Assembly (NCBI GenBank): GCA_003820645.1
Contig: RPOR01000005.1
Span: 364 to 64,363, forward strand
Direction: 5' to 3'
Source of the DNA: Betaproteobacteria bacterium
GTDB taxonomy: Bacteria; Pseudomonadota; Gammaproteobacteria; Burkholderiales; SG8-41
Length of the DNA stretch: 64,000 nt
Below are positions 1 through 14,891 of this stretch, piece after piece. Under the pieces are notes generated by a model. The model was not told where the DNA came from. It saw only the letters and a list, made by a program, of their open reading frames with translations, and ran no database searches. How positions within the stretch are numbered: the stretch's first letter is position 1; the number at the start of each line of letters is the position of its first letter. A program made the position numbers and the translations under genes.

Positions 1-1853
1 AAATCGGGGAAGGTGATGTCCGCCGCATCAATATCGTTCAGGCCGGCAACCGCTCGCGCATTGTGCTTGAAACCGCACGTCCTCTGAGTTATGACGCAAA
101 GATCGAGGGCAATACGATCCTGATTACGCTCAGCGGCGCTGCATCGGCGAGCGCCTCCTCGGCAGCGCCGGCTCAGACTTTTGCACAGGCGCAGCCCGGT
201 GACAGCAAACACAGCTTGCGTGACATTGATTTTCGCCGCGGGCGTGCAGGCGAGGGCAGGGTCGTAGTCGACCTTTCCGACAAGCAAGTTGGCATTGACC
301 TGCGGACTCAGGGTCGCTCACTGATCGTCGATTTTCTCAACACTGCTGTTCCGAAGAATCTCGAACGCCGGCTGGACGTGGTCGACTTTGGGACGCCGGT
401 CGACACCATAGAAACGTTTACCCAAGGCAACAACACCCGCATGGTGATTACACCGCGCGGCGCTTGGGAGCATTCGGCCTATCAGACGGACAATCGCTTT
501 ATTCTTGAAGTCAAAAAAGTGGCAGATGATGCCAACCGGCTGGTGCAACCTGGGTTTGTCGGGGAAAAACTTTCGCTGAACTTCCAGAACGTTGAAGTCC
601 GGGCTGTGCTGCAGGTCATTGCTGATTTCACCGGGCTCAATGTGATCACTAGTGACACGGTTGGCGGCAGCCTGACCTTGCGCCTCAAGGATGTGCCGTG
701 GGATCAGGCCCTGGACATTATTTTGCAGAGCAAGGGCCTGGACATGCGCAAGACCGGCAACGTGGTCTGGATTGCACCGCGCGACGAACTGGCGACCCGC
801 GAGAAGCTCGCACTGGAGGCCCGTGCGCAAATTTCCGACCTTGAACCGCTGCGCACCGAGAGCATGCAGGTCAATTACCAGAAGGCCGCCGAATTCCAGA
901 AACTGTTGTCGGATCCTGCGCAGAAAATCCTGTCGAAGCGTGGCAGCGCCGTGGTCGACGTTCGCACCAACACGGTTTTCGTACAGGACACGCCCTCCCG
1001 GCTTGAGGAAATCCGGAAATTGCTGAAGCAGATCGATATCCCCGTTCGCCAGGTAATGATCGAATCGCGCATCGTTGAGGCAAATGATACTTTCAGCCGT
1101 AACCTTGGTGCGCGCCTCGGTTATAACGACGCCGGGGGCAGGGGTTTCAGTGTCCCCAGCAGCGGGACCTCCACTAGTGGACTTATTGGCGGCAGCCTCG
1201 CCTCGACAGCGGCGGCCACTGGCCAAAGCACCACCGCCCCGCCGTTCAACGAGAGCCTGTTCGTTAATCTGCCCGCGCAAGGCCTCTCCGGTGCCAGTCC
1301 CGGCGTGTTCTCGTTCCTGCTATTCAACGACTCTCGAACGAAGTTCCTGAACCTCGAGTTGTCAGCATTGCAGGCCGACGGCAAGGGCAAGATCATCTCC
1401 AGCCCGCGCGTGATTACGGCCGACAAGATCGAAGCTACGATCGAGCAGGGCACCGAGATTCCTTATCAACAGGCCACTTCCAGTGGCGCCACGGCGGTGT
1501 CTTTCCGTAAAGCCACCTTGTCGCTGAAAGTCAAGCCACAGATCACGCCAGACGACAACGTGATCATGAGCCTGAAGGTGAACAAGGACAGCGTCGGCCA
1601 GAACACGTTGTCCGGCCCTTCCATCGATACCAAGCAGGTCGTGACCGAGGTGCTGGTCGAGAATGGCGGCACTGTCGTTATAGGCGGGATCTACACGCAG
1701 GATGAGCGGTCGACAACGACCAAGGTGCCGGTGCTCGGTGACCTGCCCTTTATGGGTTTTCTGTTCAAAAACAACCAGCGCGTCGATGACCGCCGGGAGC
1801 TGCTGATCTTCATTTCACCGAAGGTACTGAAGGACGGCGTGTCGCTACGTTAA
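1..1853 (+). CDS. pilQ: Type IV pilus secretin PilQ, 5'-truncated by the window edge
   Basis: Frame 3 is open from nt 3 (...VRRINIVQAGNRSRIVLETARPL precedes the listed GTG at 63), so the gene starts upstream of the window. It has AMIN-like N-terminal repeats, a secretin core and the C-terminal signature VPVLGDLPFMGFLFKNNQRVDDRRELLIFISPKVL. It is followed by aroK-aroB, as in pilMNOPQ-aroKB clusters. Confidence 0.9.
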   Translation, partial: IGEGDVRRINIVQAGNRSRIVLETARPLSYDAKIEGNTILITLSGAASASASSAAPAQTFAQAQPGDSKHSLRDIDFRRGRAGEGRVVVDLSDKQVGIDLRTQGRSLIVDFLNTAVPKNLERRLDVVDFGTPVDTIETFTQGNNTRMVITPRGAWEHSAYQTDNRFILEVKKVADDANRLVQPGFVGEKLSLNFQNVEVRAVLQVIADFTGLNVITSDTVGGSLTLRLKDVPWDQALDIILQSKGLDMRKTGNVVWIAPRDELATREKLALEARAQISDLEPLRTESMQVNYQKAAEFQKLLSDPAQKILSKRGSAVVDVRTNTVFVQDTPSRLEEIRKLLKQIDIPVRQVMIESRIVEANDTFSRNLGARLGYNDAGGRGFSVPSSGTSTSGLIGGSLASTAAATGQSTTAPPFNESLFVNLPAQGLSGASPGVFSFLLFNDSRTKFLNLELSALQADGKGKIISSPRVITADKIEATIEQGTEIPYQQATSSGATAVSFRKATLSLKVKPQITPDDNVIMSLKVNKDSVGQNTLSGPSIDTKQVVTEVLVENGGTVVIGGIYTQDERSTTTKVPVLGDLPFMGFLFKNNQRVDDRRELLIFISPKVLKDGVSLR

Positions 1854-1873
1854 CTCGGAGCGATCCGCATCAA

Positions 1874-1906
1874 GGGCGACGCTGCGGCGCCGCCCTTTTT
1901 GTTTTT
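1874..1906 (+). terminator. Rho-independent terminator downstream of pilQ
   Basis: GC-rich stem GGGCGACG-ctgcgg-CGCCGCCC (7 of 8 pairs) followed directly by TTTTTGTTTTT, about 20 nt after the pilQ stop codon. Confidence 0.6.
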
Positions 1907-1950
1907 AATCCGCGACCCGGTCCCAGCGACGCTTCCGTTAGAATCACTCC

Positions 1951-2532
1951 ATGCCCAAGCTCGACAGTCCGCAGCGGTCCCCTGTCATCGACCAGGAGAA
2001 TATTTTTCTGGTCGGCCTGATGGGTGCCGGCAAGACCTCCGTGGGCCGCATGTTGGCAAAGCGCGTGCACAAGGACTTTTTCGACGCGGATGCTGAAATC
2101 GAACGCGCAACGGGCGTCAAGATCCCGGTAATTTTCGACATTGAAGGCGAATCCGGATTTCGCGCGCGTGAGGAGAAAATTATCGAAAAACTCACTGCAA
2201 TGCACGGGGTCGTTCTCGCAACGGGTGGCGGCGCAGTGCTGTCTCCAGCCAATCGCGCCAGACTAAAACAACACGGTTGCGTCATTTACCTGCGAGCAAC
2301 GCCGGAAGATCTTTGGCGGCGCACCCGGCGCGACCGCAACCGCCCGTTGTTGCGAACTGCGAATCCCCTGACGACACTGCGAGAACTCCATGCGCAACGT
2401 GACCGGCTCTACTCTGAAGTGGCGGACCTGATAGTCGATACTGGCACTCAGAGCGTAGGCACGCTGACGACTCAGATTCAGAAACTGCTCGCCGAGTTGG
2501 TACCGGCTACCAGCCCGAGCCCGCACGCCTGA
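1951..2532 (+). CDS. aroK: Shikimate kinase
   Basis: 193-aa ORF with P-loop GLMGAGKTSVGR and a shikimate-kinase-like core. It sits between pilQ and aroB. Confidence 0.9.
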   Translation: MPKLDSPQRSPVIDQENIFLVGLMGAGKTSVGRMLAKRVHKDFFDADAEIERATGVKIPVIFDIEGESGFRAREEKIIEKLTAMHGVVLATGGGAVLSPANRARLKQHGCVIYLRATPEDLWRRTRRDRNRPLLRTANPLTTLRELHAQRDRLYSEVADLIVDTGTQSVGTLTTQIQKLLAELVPATSPSPHA

Positions 2533-2544
2533 CGGAACCACAGC

Positions 2545-3654
2545 ATGGCAGCACAGAATCCCGTTAAGTCACTGAATGTCAGTCTTGCGGATCGCAGCTA
2601 TCCGATCCACATCGGGCCAGGCTTGCTGGCGCGCGGTGAATTGATCGCACAGCATCTGCCGCAACGCAAGGCCGTGATTATCACCAACACCGTCGTCGCC
2701 CCACTCTACCTGGAAATTTTGCGGGCCAGTCTCATAGAACGGCAGGTCGCAGTGCAGTCGATCGTGCTGCCTGACGGAGAAGAGCACAAGGATTGGCGCA
2801 CGCTCAACCGGGTATTCGACGCCCTGCTGACACATCATGCCGAGCGCAAGACCACGCTAATCGCGCTGGGCGGGGGTGTTATCGGGGATCTCGCCGGCTT
2901 CGCAGCAGCGGTGTTTCAACGCGGCGCACCATTCATCCAAGTTCCCACCACCCTGCTCGCTCAGGTCGATTCGTCTGTCGGCGGAAAAACAGCGATCAAC
3001 CACCCTCTGGGGAAGAACATGATCGGGGCTTTTTACCAGCCCAGGGCGGTAATCGCTGACACTGACACGCTGCAAACGCTGCCGGACCGCGAGTTGTCGG
3101 CAGGAATCGCCGAAATCATCAAATACGGACTAATTGGTGATCGCGGATTTTTCGATTGGATCGAGGCGAATATAGACTGCCTGATAGCCCGCGACACCGA
3201 GGCACTGATTCATGCCATCGAAATCTCCTGCCGCAACAAGGCGATCGTGGTAGCCAGCGATGAGCGTGAGGAAGGCGTGCGTGCATTGCTCAATTTCGGC
3301 CACACGTTCGGCCACGCAATCGAGTCGGGGCTGGGTTACGGCAAGTGGCTGCATGGCGAAGCCGTCGCTGCCGGCATGGTCATCGCGGCCCGGGTATCAC
3401 AGCGGTTGGGGCTGCTCGATGCCGGCTGCGTCGACCGTATCGTAAACGTGCTACGCCGCGCACGACTGCCGGTAGCGGGTCCGCGGTTGGGGGCGGATCG
3501 CTACTTGGAGCTGATGGGGCATGACAAGAAAGTCGAAGGTGGAAAAATCCGGTTCATATTGCTGCGAGACATCGGAGACGCGTTCATCAGTGACGCCGTG
3601 CCCCGCGATGTGTTGGACGCTGTGTTGAACGGAGCAGGCGTCGATGGCAGCTGA
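2545..3654 (+). CDS. aroB: 3-dehydroquinate synthase
   Basis: 369-aa ORF with the [14 protein letters not shown] nucleotide-binding loop and a metal-binding region (GHTFGHAIE ... HGEAVAAGM). It starts 12 nt after aroK. Confidence 0.93.
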   Translation: MAAQNPVKSLNVSLADRSYPIHIGPGLLARGELIAQHLPQRKAVIITNTVVAPLYLEILRASLIERQVAVQSIVLPDGEEHKDWRTLNRVFDALLTHHAERKTTLIALGGGVIGDLAGFAAAVFQRGAPFIQVPTTLLAQVDSSVGGKTAINHPLGKNMIGAFYQPRAVIADTDTLQTLPDRELSAGIAEIIKYGLIGDRGFFDWIEANIDCLIARDTEALIHAIEISCRNKAIVVASDEREEGVRALLNFGHTFGHAIESGLGYGKWLHGEAVAAGMVIAARVSQRLGLLDAGCVDRIVNVLRRARLPVAGPRLGADRYLELMGHDKKVEGGKIRFILLRDIGDAFISDAVPRDVLDAVLNGAGVDGS

Positions 3655-4768
3655 CAAGGTACCCTATGCGGCAAATCCGACGAATTCTCGCGGGCGACGT
3701 TTCCGCGAGCCGGCACCGCGTGGACGGTCGGAGTATCAGCGCGACCGTGACCGCATCATTCATTCCACCGCGTTCCGCCGTCTCGAGTATAAAACCCAGG
3801 TTTTTGTCAATCATGAAGGCGACCTGTTCCGCACCCGTCTGACGCACAGCCTGGAAGTCGCGCAAATCGGGCGCTCTGTAGCGCGCCACCTGCGCCTTGA
3901 CGAGGATCTGACAGAAGCCATTACACTGGCGCATGACCTTGGCCACACGCCATTTGGCCATACCGGACAGGACGCGTTAAATGCCTCCATGAAACCTTAC
4001 GGCGGTTTCGAACATAACCTGCAATCGCTGCGCGTTGTCGATGTACTGGAACAACGCTACGGCGCTTTCGACGGACTTAACCTGACGTTTGAAACCCGGG
4101 AAGGCATACTCAAACACTGCGCGCTGAAAAATGCGCGGACGCTGGGCGATGTTGGGGAGCGGTTCATCAAACGTCAGCGGCCCGGTCTTGAGGCCCAGAT
4201 TGCCAACTTGGCAGATGAAATCGCCTATAACAATCACGATGTCGACGATGGCTTGCGCTCCGGACTGCTGGACATGGAGCAGTTATCCACCGTTGCCATT
4301 TTCCGACGCCATATGCGCATGGTGCTCCGCGAATTCCCCAGAATTGAGGGCCGCCGTCTGGTGCATGAAACTGTACGCCGGATGATCGATACGCTGGTGA
4401 CCGACCTGATCCGCCACAGCGCGGCGAATATCCGGACCCTTGGGCCCGAAACCGTCGATGACATCCGGCGCGCGCCACCGATGATCCGCTTTTCGGAGCG
4501 CATCCAGCGCGAGCAAGCTGAATTGAAGCGGTTTCTGCACACCAATCTCTATCGGCATTACCGCGTATCGCGGATGAGCAGCAAGGCCCGCCGGGTAATC
4601 ACTGATTTATTTCAGGCGTTCATGGCTGAGCCCGGGCTGTTGCCCCCGGAATTCCAGTCGCGAGCACAAGAAGACACGCCCCGCGCGATTGCCGATTACA
4701 TCGCCGGCATGACCGACCGTTACGCAATCGTCGAACATCGACGCCTCTTTGCTATCGACGTCAGCTGA
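3644..4768 (+). CDS. dgt: dGTP triphosphohydrolase-like HD-domain protein
   Basis: 374-aa ORF with the HD-domain signature ([10 protein letters not shown] ... [12 protein letters not shown]) typical of the dGTPase family. Its start overlaps the aroB stop by 11 nt. Confidence 0.85.
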   Translation: MAADKVPYAANPTNSRGRRFREPAPRGRSEYQRDRDRIIHSTAFRRLEYKTQVFVNHEGDLFRTRLTHSLEVAQIGRSVARHLRLDEDLTEAITLAHDLGHTPFGHTGQDALNASMKPYGGFEHNLQSLRVVDVLEQRYGAFDGLNLTFETREGILKHCALKNARTLGDVGERFIKRQRPGLEAQIANLADEIAYNNHDVDDGLRSGLLDMEQLSTVAIFRRHMRMVLREFPRIEGRRLVHETVRRMIDTLVTDLIRHSAANIRTLGPETVDDIRRAPPMIRFSERIQREQAELKRFLHTNLYRHYRVSRMSSKARRVITDLFQAFMAEPGLLPPEFQSRAQEDTPRAIADYIAGMTDRYAIVEHRRLFAIDVS

Positions 4769-4936
4769 GATTTTTTCGCGGGTTTCCCGGCACCGGCGGT
4801 TGAACCAACCCCTTGATGCAGGTAGACTTATCGGGTTTCACTCCGTTTTTCGCGTATTGAGCTTTGGGATTTGTGGCGTCGCAGCAATATCGCGCTCAAC
4901 CCTTTGATTATCAATACGTTTTTGACGAGGCGCCCG

Positions 4937-9595
<4,659 letters not shown>

Positions 9596-9685
9596 GCCGG
9601 ATAACGGCGGAATCGTCATTCATGGCGATGCCGCGAATATGTGTTTGGCCCGACACGGGCCTGATGTTTCAGGGATCGCAAAGAC

Positions 9686-11107
9686 ATGGGAAAAGTAACC
9701 GGATTTCTGGAGTTCGAACGGCTAAACGAGGCCGCAGAGAAACCGCAGGAACGGCTCAAGCACTGGCACGAGTTCGTCCATCATCTGAGCGACGAAGCCG
9801 CCGGCATACAAGGGGCGCGCTGCATGGACTGCGGCACGCCATTTTGCATGAGCGGCTGCCCGGTCAACAACATTATTCCGGACTGGAATGATCTGGTTTT
9901 CAAACAGGATTGGCAGCACGCGCTCGACACGCTGCACTCGACTAATAATTTTCCCGAGTTTACTGGCCGTGTTTGCCCGGCACCCTGCGAAGCGGCCTGC
10001 ACGCTGAACATTAACAATGATCCGGTGGGCATAAAATCCATTGAGCACGCCATCATCGACAAGGGCTGGGAGTCGGGGTGGGTTACGCCGCAACCGCCAG
10101 CAAGAAAAACCGGCAAACGCATCGCGATCATCGGTTCCGGACCGGCCGGGCTTGCCTGTGCCCAGCAGTTGGCGCGCGCAGGACACGACGTCGTGGTATT
10201 CGAAAAATCCGACCGTATCGGCGGGTTGCTGCGCTATGGCATCCCGGACTTCAAAATGGGAAAACACCTGATCGACCGTCGCATGGAGCAAATGCGTGCC
10301 GAAGGTGTCGAGTTCCGCGTCAGCCAGAATATCGGCGGCACCGTGCCCGCGAAAAAGCTGGTCGATGACTTTGACGCTGTGGTGATGGCTGGTGGCGCCG
10401 AGCAACCGCGCGATTTGCCGGTACCCGGTCGCGAACTCGGCGGTGTGCATTTCGCAATGGATTTCCTGCCGCAGCAGAACAAGGTGGTCGCCGGCGACCG
10501 GGTTGCCGGGCAGATCAAGGCCACAGGCAAGCATGTCGTGGTCATCGGCGGCGGCGATACCGGTTCCGACTGTGTCGGCACATCAAACCGCCATGGTGCA
10601 GCTACGGTAACCCAGTTCGAACTGCTGCCGCAGCCGCCGGAACAGGAAAACAAATTCATGGTTTGGCCGTACTGGCCGGTAAAACTGCGCACCTCCAGTT
10701 CCCACGAAGAAGGCTGCCAGCGCGACTGGGCGGTGGCCACCAAGCGATTCGAGGGCAGGAACGGTAAGGTGGAAAAGCTGGTGGCCGCACGCGTGGAGTG
10801 GAAGGACGGCCAGATGCGCGAAATACCGGGATCGGAGTTCACGATGAAGGCCGACCTGGTACTGCTGGCCATGGGCTTTCTCGGGCCAGTGCAGGGCGGA
10901 TTGCTCGAACAACTGGGCGTCGCAAAAGATAACCGCAGCAATGTCCGGGCGGATACCGACAATTACCAGACATCGGTCAGCAAGGTATTTGCCGCGGGAG
11001 ACATGCGCCGCGGGCAATCGCTGGTGGTCTGGGCGATCCGCGAAGGCCGACAATGTGCGCGCGCGGTCGACGAGTTCCTGATGGGATCTACGGAACTGCC
11101 ACGATAA
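9686..11107 (+). CDS. gltD: Glutamate synthase small subunit (NADPH)
   Basis: 473-aa ORF with an N-terminal Cys cluster (CMDCGTPFC...GCPVNN) and Rossmann motifs [14 protein letters not shown] and [13 protein letters not shown]. It lies directly downstream of gltB. Confidence 0.93.
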   Translation: MGKVTGFLEFERLNEAAEKPQERLKHWHEFVHHLSDEAAGIQGARCMDCGTPFCMSGCPVNNIIPDWNDLVFKQDWQHALDTLHSTNNFPEFTGRVCPAPCEAACTLNINNDPVGIKSIEHAIIDKGWESGWVTPQPPARKTGKRIAIIGSGPAGLACAQQLARAGHDVVVFEKSDRIGGLLRYGIPDFKMGKHLIDRRMEQMRAEGVEFRVSQNIGGTVPAKKLVDDFDAVVMAGGAEQPRDLPVPGRELGGVHFAMDFLPQQNKVVAGDRVAGQIKATGKHVVVIGGGDTGSDCVGTSNRHGAATVTQFELLPQPPEQENKFMVWPYWPVKLRTSSSHEEGCQRDWAVATKRFEGRNGKVEKLVAARVEWKDGQMREIPGSEFTMKADLVLLAMGFLGPVQGGLLEQLGVAKDNRSNVRADTDNYQTSVSKVFAAGDMRRGQSLVVWAIREGRQCARAVDEFLMGSTELPR

Positions 11108-11183
11108 ATCGTGGTACTTTCCGGTTCCGAAGGGTGATGCGCAAAAAAATGGGGAGTCTGCCCAATACCCCCAGACGGAGCGG

Positions 11184-12275
11184 GTGTTCCCCCGCAATAA
11201 CCCTGTGGCCCAGCCGACATATCTCAAGAACGACACGCTGATCCGCGCGCTGCTGCGGCAACCGACACCTTATACCCCGGTGTGGGTCATGCGCCAGGCC
11301 GGGCGCTACCTGCCGGAATACAATGCGACGCGCAAGCGCGCCGGCAGTTTCCTCGCCCTGGCAAAAAATCCTGATCTGGCAACCGAAGTCACGCTCCAGC
11401 CCTTGGCCCGCTTCAAGCTGGACGCGGCCATCCTGTTTTCCGACATCCTCACGGTGCCCGACGCGATGGGCCTCGGCCTGTATTTCGCCGAAGGCGAGGG
11501 CCCCAAGTTCGAACATCCGCTGCGCGATGAGGCAGCAATCCGCCGGCTGACGGTGCCCGATCCGGGCTCGAGTCTCGGTTACGTGCTTGATGCGGTAAAA
11601 CAGATCCGTCGCGCGCTTGATAACACCGTACCGTTGATTGGTTTTTCAGGCAGTCCGTACACGCTCGCCTGTTACATGATCGAAGGTGGTGGCAGCGACG
11701 ATTTCCGAATCATCAAAAGCATGTTGTATACGCGCCCCGAGTTGCTGCATCACGTGCTGGACATCAACGCACAGGCAGTCCTCGCCTACCTGAACGCGCA
11801 GATCGAAGCCGGCGCACAGGCCGTGATGGTTTTCGATACCTGGGGCGGCGCACTGTCCGACGCAGCCTATCACGAGTTCTCGCTGCAGTACCTGCAGCGC
11901 GTGATTGCCGGCCTGCATCGTACATGGGGCGGTGAAGCCGTGCCGAGCATCGTATTCACCAAAGGCGGGGGCTTGTGGCTGGAAGACATTGCAACCATCG
12001 GGTGCAATGCAGTCGGCCTGGACTGGACCGTCAACCTGGGCGCCGCCCGCCGCCGTATCGGTGATCAGGTCGCGCTGCAGGGGAATCTCGATCCTGCGGT
12101 ACTGTTCAGCACGCCCGCAGCCATCCGCAGCGAGGTTGGCGCGGTACTGCGCCAGTTCGGCGCGGGACCGGGACATGTGTTCAATCTAGGGCACGGCGTC
12201 TCGCAATTCACCTCGCCGGAGCATGTCGGCGCGCTGGTCGATGCCGTGCATGAGCTGAGCCGCGAGTACCACTGA
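11184..12275 (+). CDS. hemE: Uroporphyrinogen decarboxylase
   Basis: 363-aa ORF with the [15 protein letters not shown] signature. The GTG start at 11184 is uncertain; an alternative GTG lies at 11205. Confidence 0.92.
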   Translation: MFPRNNPVAQPTYLKNDTLIRALLRQPTPYTPVWVMRQAGRYLPEYNATRKRAGSFLALAKNPDLATEVTLQPLARFKLDAAILFSDILTVPDAMGLGLYFAEGEGPKFEHPLRDEAAIRRLTVPDPGSSLGYVLDAVKQIRRALDNTVPLIGFSGSPYTLACYMIEGGGSDDFRIIKSMLYTRPELLHHVLDINAQAVLAYLNAQIEAGAQAVMVFDTWGGALSDAAYHEFSLQYLQRVIAGLHRTWGGEAVPSIVFTKGGGLWLEDIATIGCNAVGLDWTVNLGAARRRIGDQVALQGNLDPAVLFSTPAAIRSEVGAVLRQFGAGPGHVFNLGHGVSQFTSPEHVGALVDAVHELSREYH

Positions 12276-12306
12276 GCGGTTTCTGCCGGCATAAGCTGCA
12301 AAAAGC

Positions 12307-12315
12307 TTATGCACA
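12307..12315 (+). promoter_or_regulatory. DnaA box TTATGCACA (fits TTATNCACA)
   Basis: Read directly in the hemE-priA spacer. It overlaps the right arm of a 9-bp hairpin (12289-12312). Confidence 0.45.
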
Positions 12316-12368
12316 GCAAGGAGTTAGTTGATCGTCAGTGCGTTTTGGGCTGCAGCTCCCCTAGAGAC

Positions 12369-12377
12369 TCTGGATAA
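12369..12377 (-). promoter_or_regulatory. DnaA-box-like TTATCCAGA (8/9 to TTATCCACA)
   Basis: The forward strand reads TCTGGATAA. It directly abuts the AT-rich tract 12374-12406. Confidence 0.4.
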
Positions 12378-12406
12378 GTAATTGTTTTTATTAAGATAAT
12401 TATGAT
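12374..12406. promoter_or_regulatory. AT-rich tract (29/33 A/T), possible DNA-unwinding element or promoter UP region
   Basis: ATAAGTAATTGTTTTTATTAAGATAATTATGAT, counted by hand. It is flanked by DnaA-box matches in an otherwise GC-rich window. Confidence 0.3.
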
Positions 12407-12483
12407 GCGGCAGGCATTGCAAGGCGCGAATAAGCAGGCCAGAACGGTTCGAAATTTCTTCGCAAAGAATTTAACCAACAGGT

Positions 12484-12492
12484 TTATCCACA
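12484..12492 (+). promoter_or_regulatory. Perfect DnaA box TTATCCACA
   Basis: Exact 9-mer in the hemE-priA spacer, about 95 nt upstream of the preferred priA start. Confidence 0.5.
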
Positions 12493-12586
12493 GCCGTGGC
12501 AACGAAAAAACTGTTGTCTGTCGCCAAGTTGGCGATGCTTTCGAGACTCCAGCTGAACTTCGCACGCTAACTTGTCCAACCCCGAA

Positions 12587-14767
12587 ATGAGTCTGATCCG
12601 TGTCGCGCTTGACGTACCGCTGACGCGCCTGTTCGACTATCGCTGCGACGATCGTTCGGCGACCGTGGGCGCGCGGGTGCTGGTGCCGTTCGGTCGCCAG
12701 AAACTGATCGGCATTATTGTCGCCAAACCGGCTGCGAGCGAGGTGCCGGAGGCAAAACTCAAACGCGCGTCTGCCGTGCTCGATACCGCACCGCTGCTGT
12801 CCAGTGCGGATTTGCGCCTGCTGGAATTCGCTGCCGACTATTACGTGCATCCGCTGGGCGCGGTCATCATGGCAACCGTGCCTGCAGCCCTGCGCCGCGT
12901 GCGCCGGCGCGAAGAACCGCCTGCCGCCTACACGCTGACCGCCGCCGGTACGGCCTTAGATGTGTCTGTACTGCCACCACGCGCACGCGCGCAGCGTGAC
13001 CTGCTGGTATTGCTGCAGCACCGCCTGGTCATTGAACATGCCGAGATCTACGCACGGGGCACGGCAGCGCGCAAAGCGCTGCAAGCCTTCATTGCGCATG
13101 GCTGGGTGCAATCTGCTGCGCCGCCCCAGCACGACGTGCTGACTCCGGTACCAACACCGGCTGCAAGCCCGCCACTGACCGCAGAACAAACTGCAGCCAT
13201 CGGCGAAATCACGGCCACGCTGGGCAGCTATCAGGCGCTGCTGCTGTGGGGCATTACGGGCAGCGGCAAGACCGAGGTTTATCTGCACGCGATTGCGGCA
13301 GCGTTAGCGCGCAGCACCCAAGTGCTGCTGCTGGTGCCGGAAATAGCGCTGACCCCACAGCTGCAGGCGCTGGTAATCGCTCGCTTTCCCGGCGTCAGGA
13401 TCGCCATCCTGCACAGCGGGCTCGCCGAGGGCGAGCGTGCTGCACACTGGCAGGCAGCGCGCACCGGGCGGGCGCGCATCATCCTCGGCACGCGACTGTC
13501 GGTATTCACGCCGCTGCCGGCACCGGGACTGATCATTGTCGATGAAGAGCATGACATGTCATTCAAGCAGGGCGAGGGATTCCGTTATTCCGCGCGGGAT
13601 CTGGCCGTTGTTCGTGCCCGCTACGCCGGTGTGCCGGTGGTGCTGGGCTCAGCGACGCCTGCGCTGGAGACCTACCGCAATGCCGTTGACGGCCGTTACC
13701 GCCTGCTGACGCTGCCGAACCGGATCCACGCCCGGCCACCGGTGATTTCGTGCATTGACCTGCGGCACGAGCAGACTACCGATGGTCTCTCTGCGCGGCT
13801 GCTTGCGGCAATCGGCGCGCGCATCGCCCGCAACGAACAAAGCATGGTATTCATCAACCGGCGCGGTTATGCGCCGGTACTGATGTGCGGCAGTTGCGGC
13901 TGGACATCCGACTGCAAGCGCTGCTCGGCACGTCTGGTGCTGCATTTGCGCGATCGCCGGTTGCGCTGTCATCACTGTGGCCATGACAGCGCCGTGCCTG
14001 CCGCCTGTCCGGATTGCGGCGACATCGATCTGGCCCCGATCGGACAGGGCACGCAGCGCGTCGAAGCGGCGCTGGTCCGGCAATTCCCGCAAGCGCGCAT
14101 CCTGCGCATCGATCGCGATACGACGCGGCGCAAGGATGCCTGGCAAAATATGCGCAGCCGCATTCAGGACCGCACCGTAGACATCCTCGTTGGCACACAG
14201 ATCCTCGCCAAGGGCCATGATTTCCCGCACCTGAATCTGGTCGGCGTGATCAATGCGGACAGCATGCTCTACAGCAATGATCTTCGGGCACCAGAACGGC
14301 TCTACGCGCTGCTGACCCAAGTCGCCGGCCGCGCTGGCCGCGGCACCGACCAGGGCGAAGTCCTGATACAGACACAGTTTGCGAACCATCCGCTCTACGC
14401 TGCGCTGCGCGACCAGGATTTCGATGCCTTTGCGCGCAGCCTGCTCGCGGAGCGGCGCCAAGCCGGCTTTCCTCCCTACGTGCATCAGGCGCTGCTGCGC
14501 GCGGAGGCGCGCGATGTTGATACCGCACTGCAGTTCCTGGCGCAAGCCGCACGCAGCGCACGCCGGCTCCAACCGGCAGTGACCGTCTACGATCCGGTGC
14601 CTGCCAACATGATGCGCAAAGCCGGGCGTGAGCGCGCACATCTGCTGGTGCAATCGCCGGTGCGCGCCGAACTGCGGGCGTTCCTCAATGCCTGGCGCCC
14701 ACATCTGGAGAAGGCCGCCAGCACTGCGGCAAGATGGTCGCTGGATGTTGATCCGGCAGAATTCTAA
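12587..14767 (+). CDS. priA: Primosomal protein N' (replication restart helicase PriA)
   Basis: SF2 helicase motifs GITGSGKTEVY (Walker A) and IIVDEEHD, plus a CxxC zinc cluster (CGSCGW...CKRCS...CHHCG...CPDCG). ATG 12587 (MSLIRVALDVPL) is preferred over TTG 12572. Confidence 0.92.
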   Translation: MSLIRVALDVPLTRLFDYRCDDRSATVGARVLVPFGRQKLIGIIVAKPAASEVPEAKLKRASAVLDTAPLLSSADLRLLEFAADYYVHPLGAVIMATVPAALRRVRRREEPPAAYTLTAAGTALDVSVLPPRARAQRDLLVLLQHRLVIEHAEIYARGTAARKALQAFIAHGWVQSAAPPQHDVLTPVPTPAASPPLTAEQTAAIGEITATLGSYQALLLWGITGSGKTEVYLHAIAAALARSTQVLLLVPEIALTPQLQALVIARFPGVRIAILHSGLAEGERAAHWQAARTGRARIILGTRLSVFTPLPAPGLIIVDEEHDMSFKQGEGFRYSARDLAVVRARYAGVPVVLGSATPALETYRNAVDGRYRLLTLPNRIHARPPVISCIDLRHEQTTDGLSARLLAAIGARIARNEQSMVFINRRGYAPVLMCGSCGWTSDCKRCSARLVLHLRDRRLRCHHCGHDSAVPAACPDCGDIDLAPIGQGTQRVEAALVRQFPQARILRIDRDTTRRKDAWQNMRSRIQDRTVDILVGTQILAKGHDFPHLNLVGVINADSMLYSNDLRAPERLYALLTQVAGRAGRGTDQGEVLIQTQFANHPLYAALRDQDFDAFARSLLAERRQAGFPPYVHQALLRAEARDVDTALQFLAQAARSARRLQPAVTVYDPVPANMMRKAGRERAHLLVQSPVRAELRAFLNAWRPHLEKAASTAARWSLDVDPAEF

Positions 14768-14891
14768 GGCGTTGAAATATCGTCCCCATGTTAGAATTCG
14801 GCACTTTTTTCCAGACAAAATCTGCCGCGATGCGCCGCTGCCGTATCGAGATCTGCGGCCTTGCTGCCTCGCCTGATTCAACCACGCCGAA

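Noticed and set aside
12402-12590. 62-aa plus-strand ORF inside the hemE-priA spacer.
   Set aside because: It has no RBS, no recognisable motif and odd composition, and it runs into the priA start. The spacer is better explained by regulatory DNA (the DnaA boxes).
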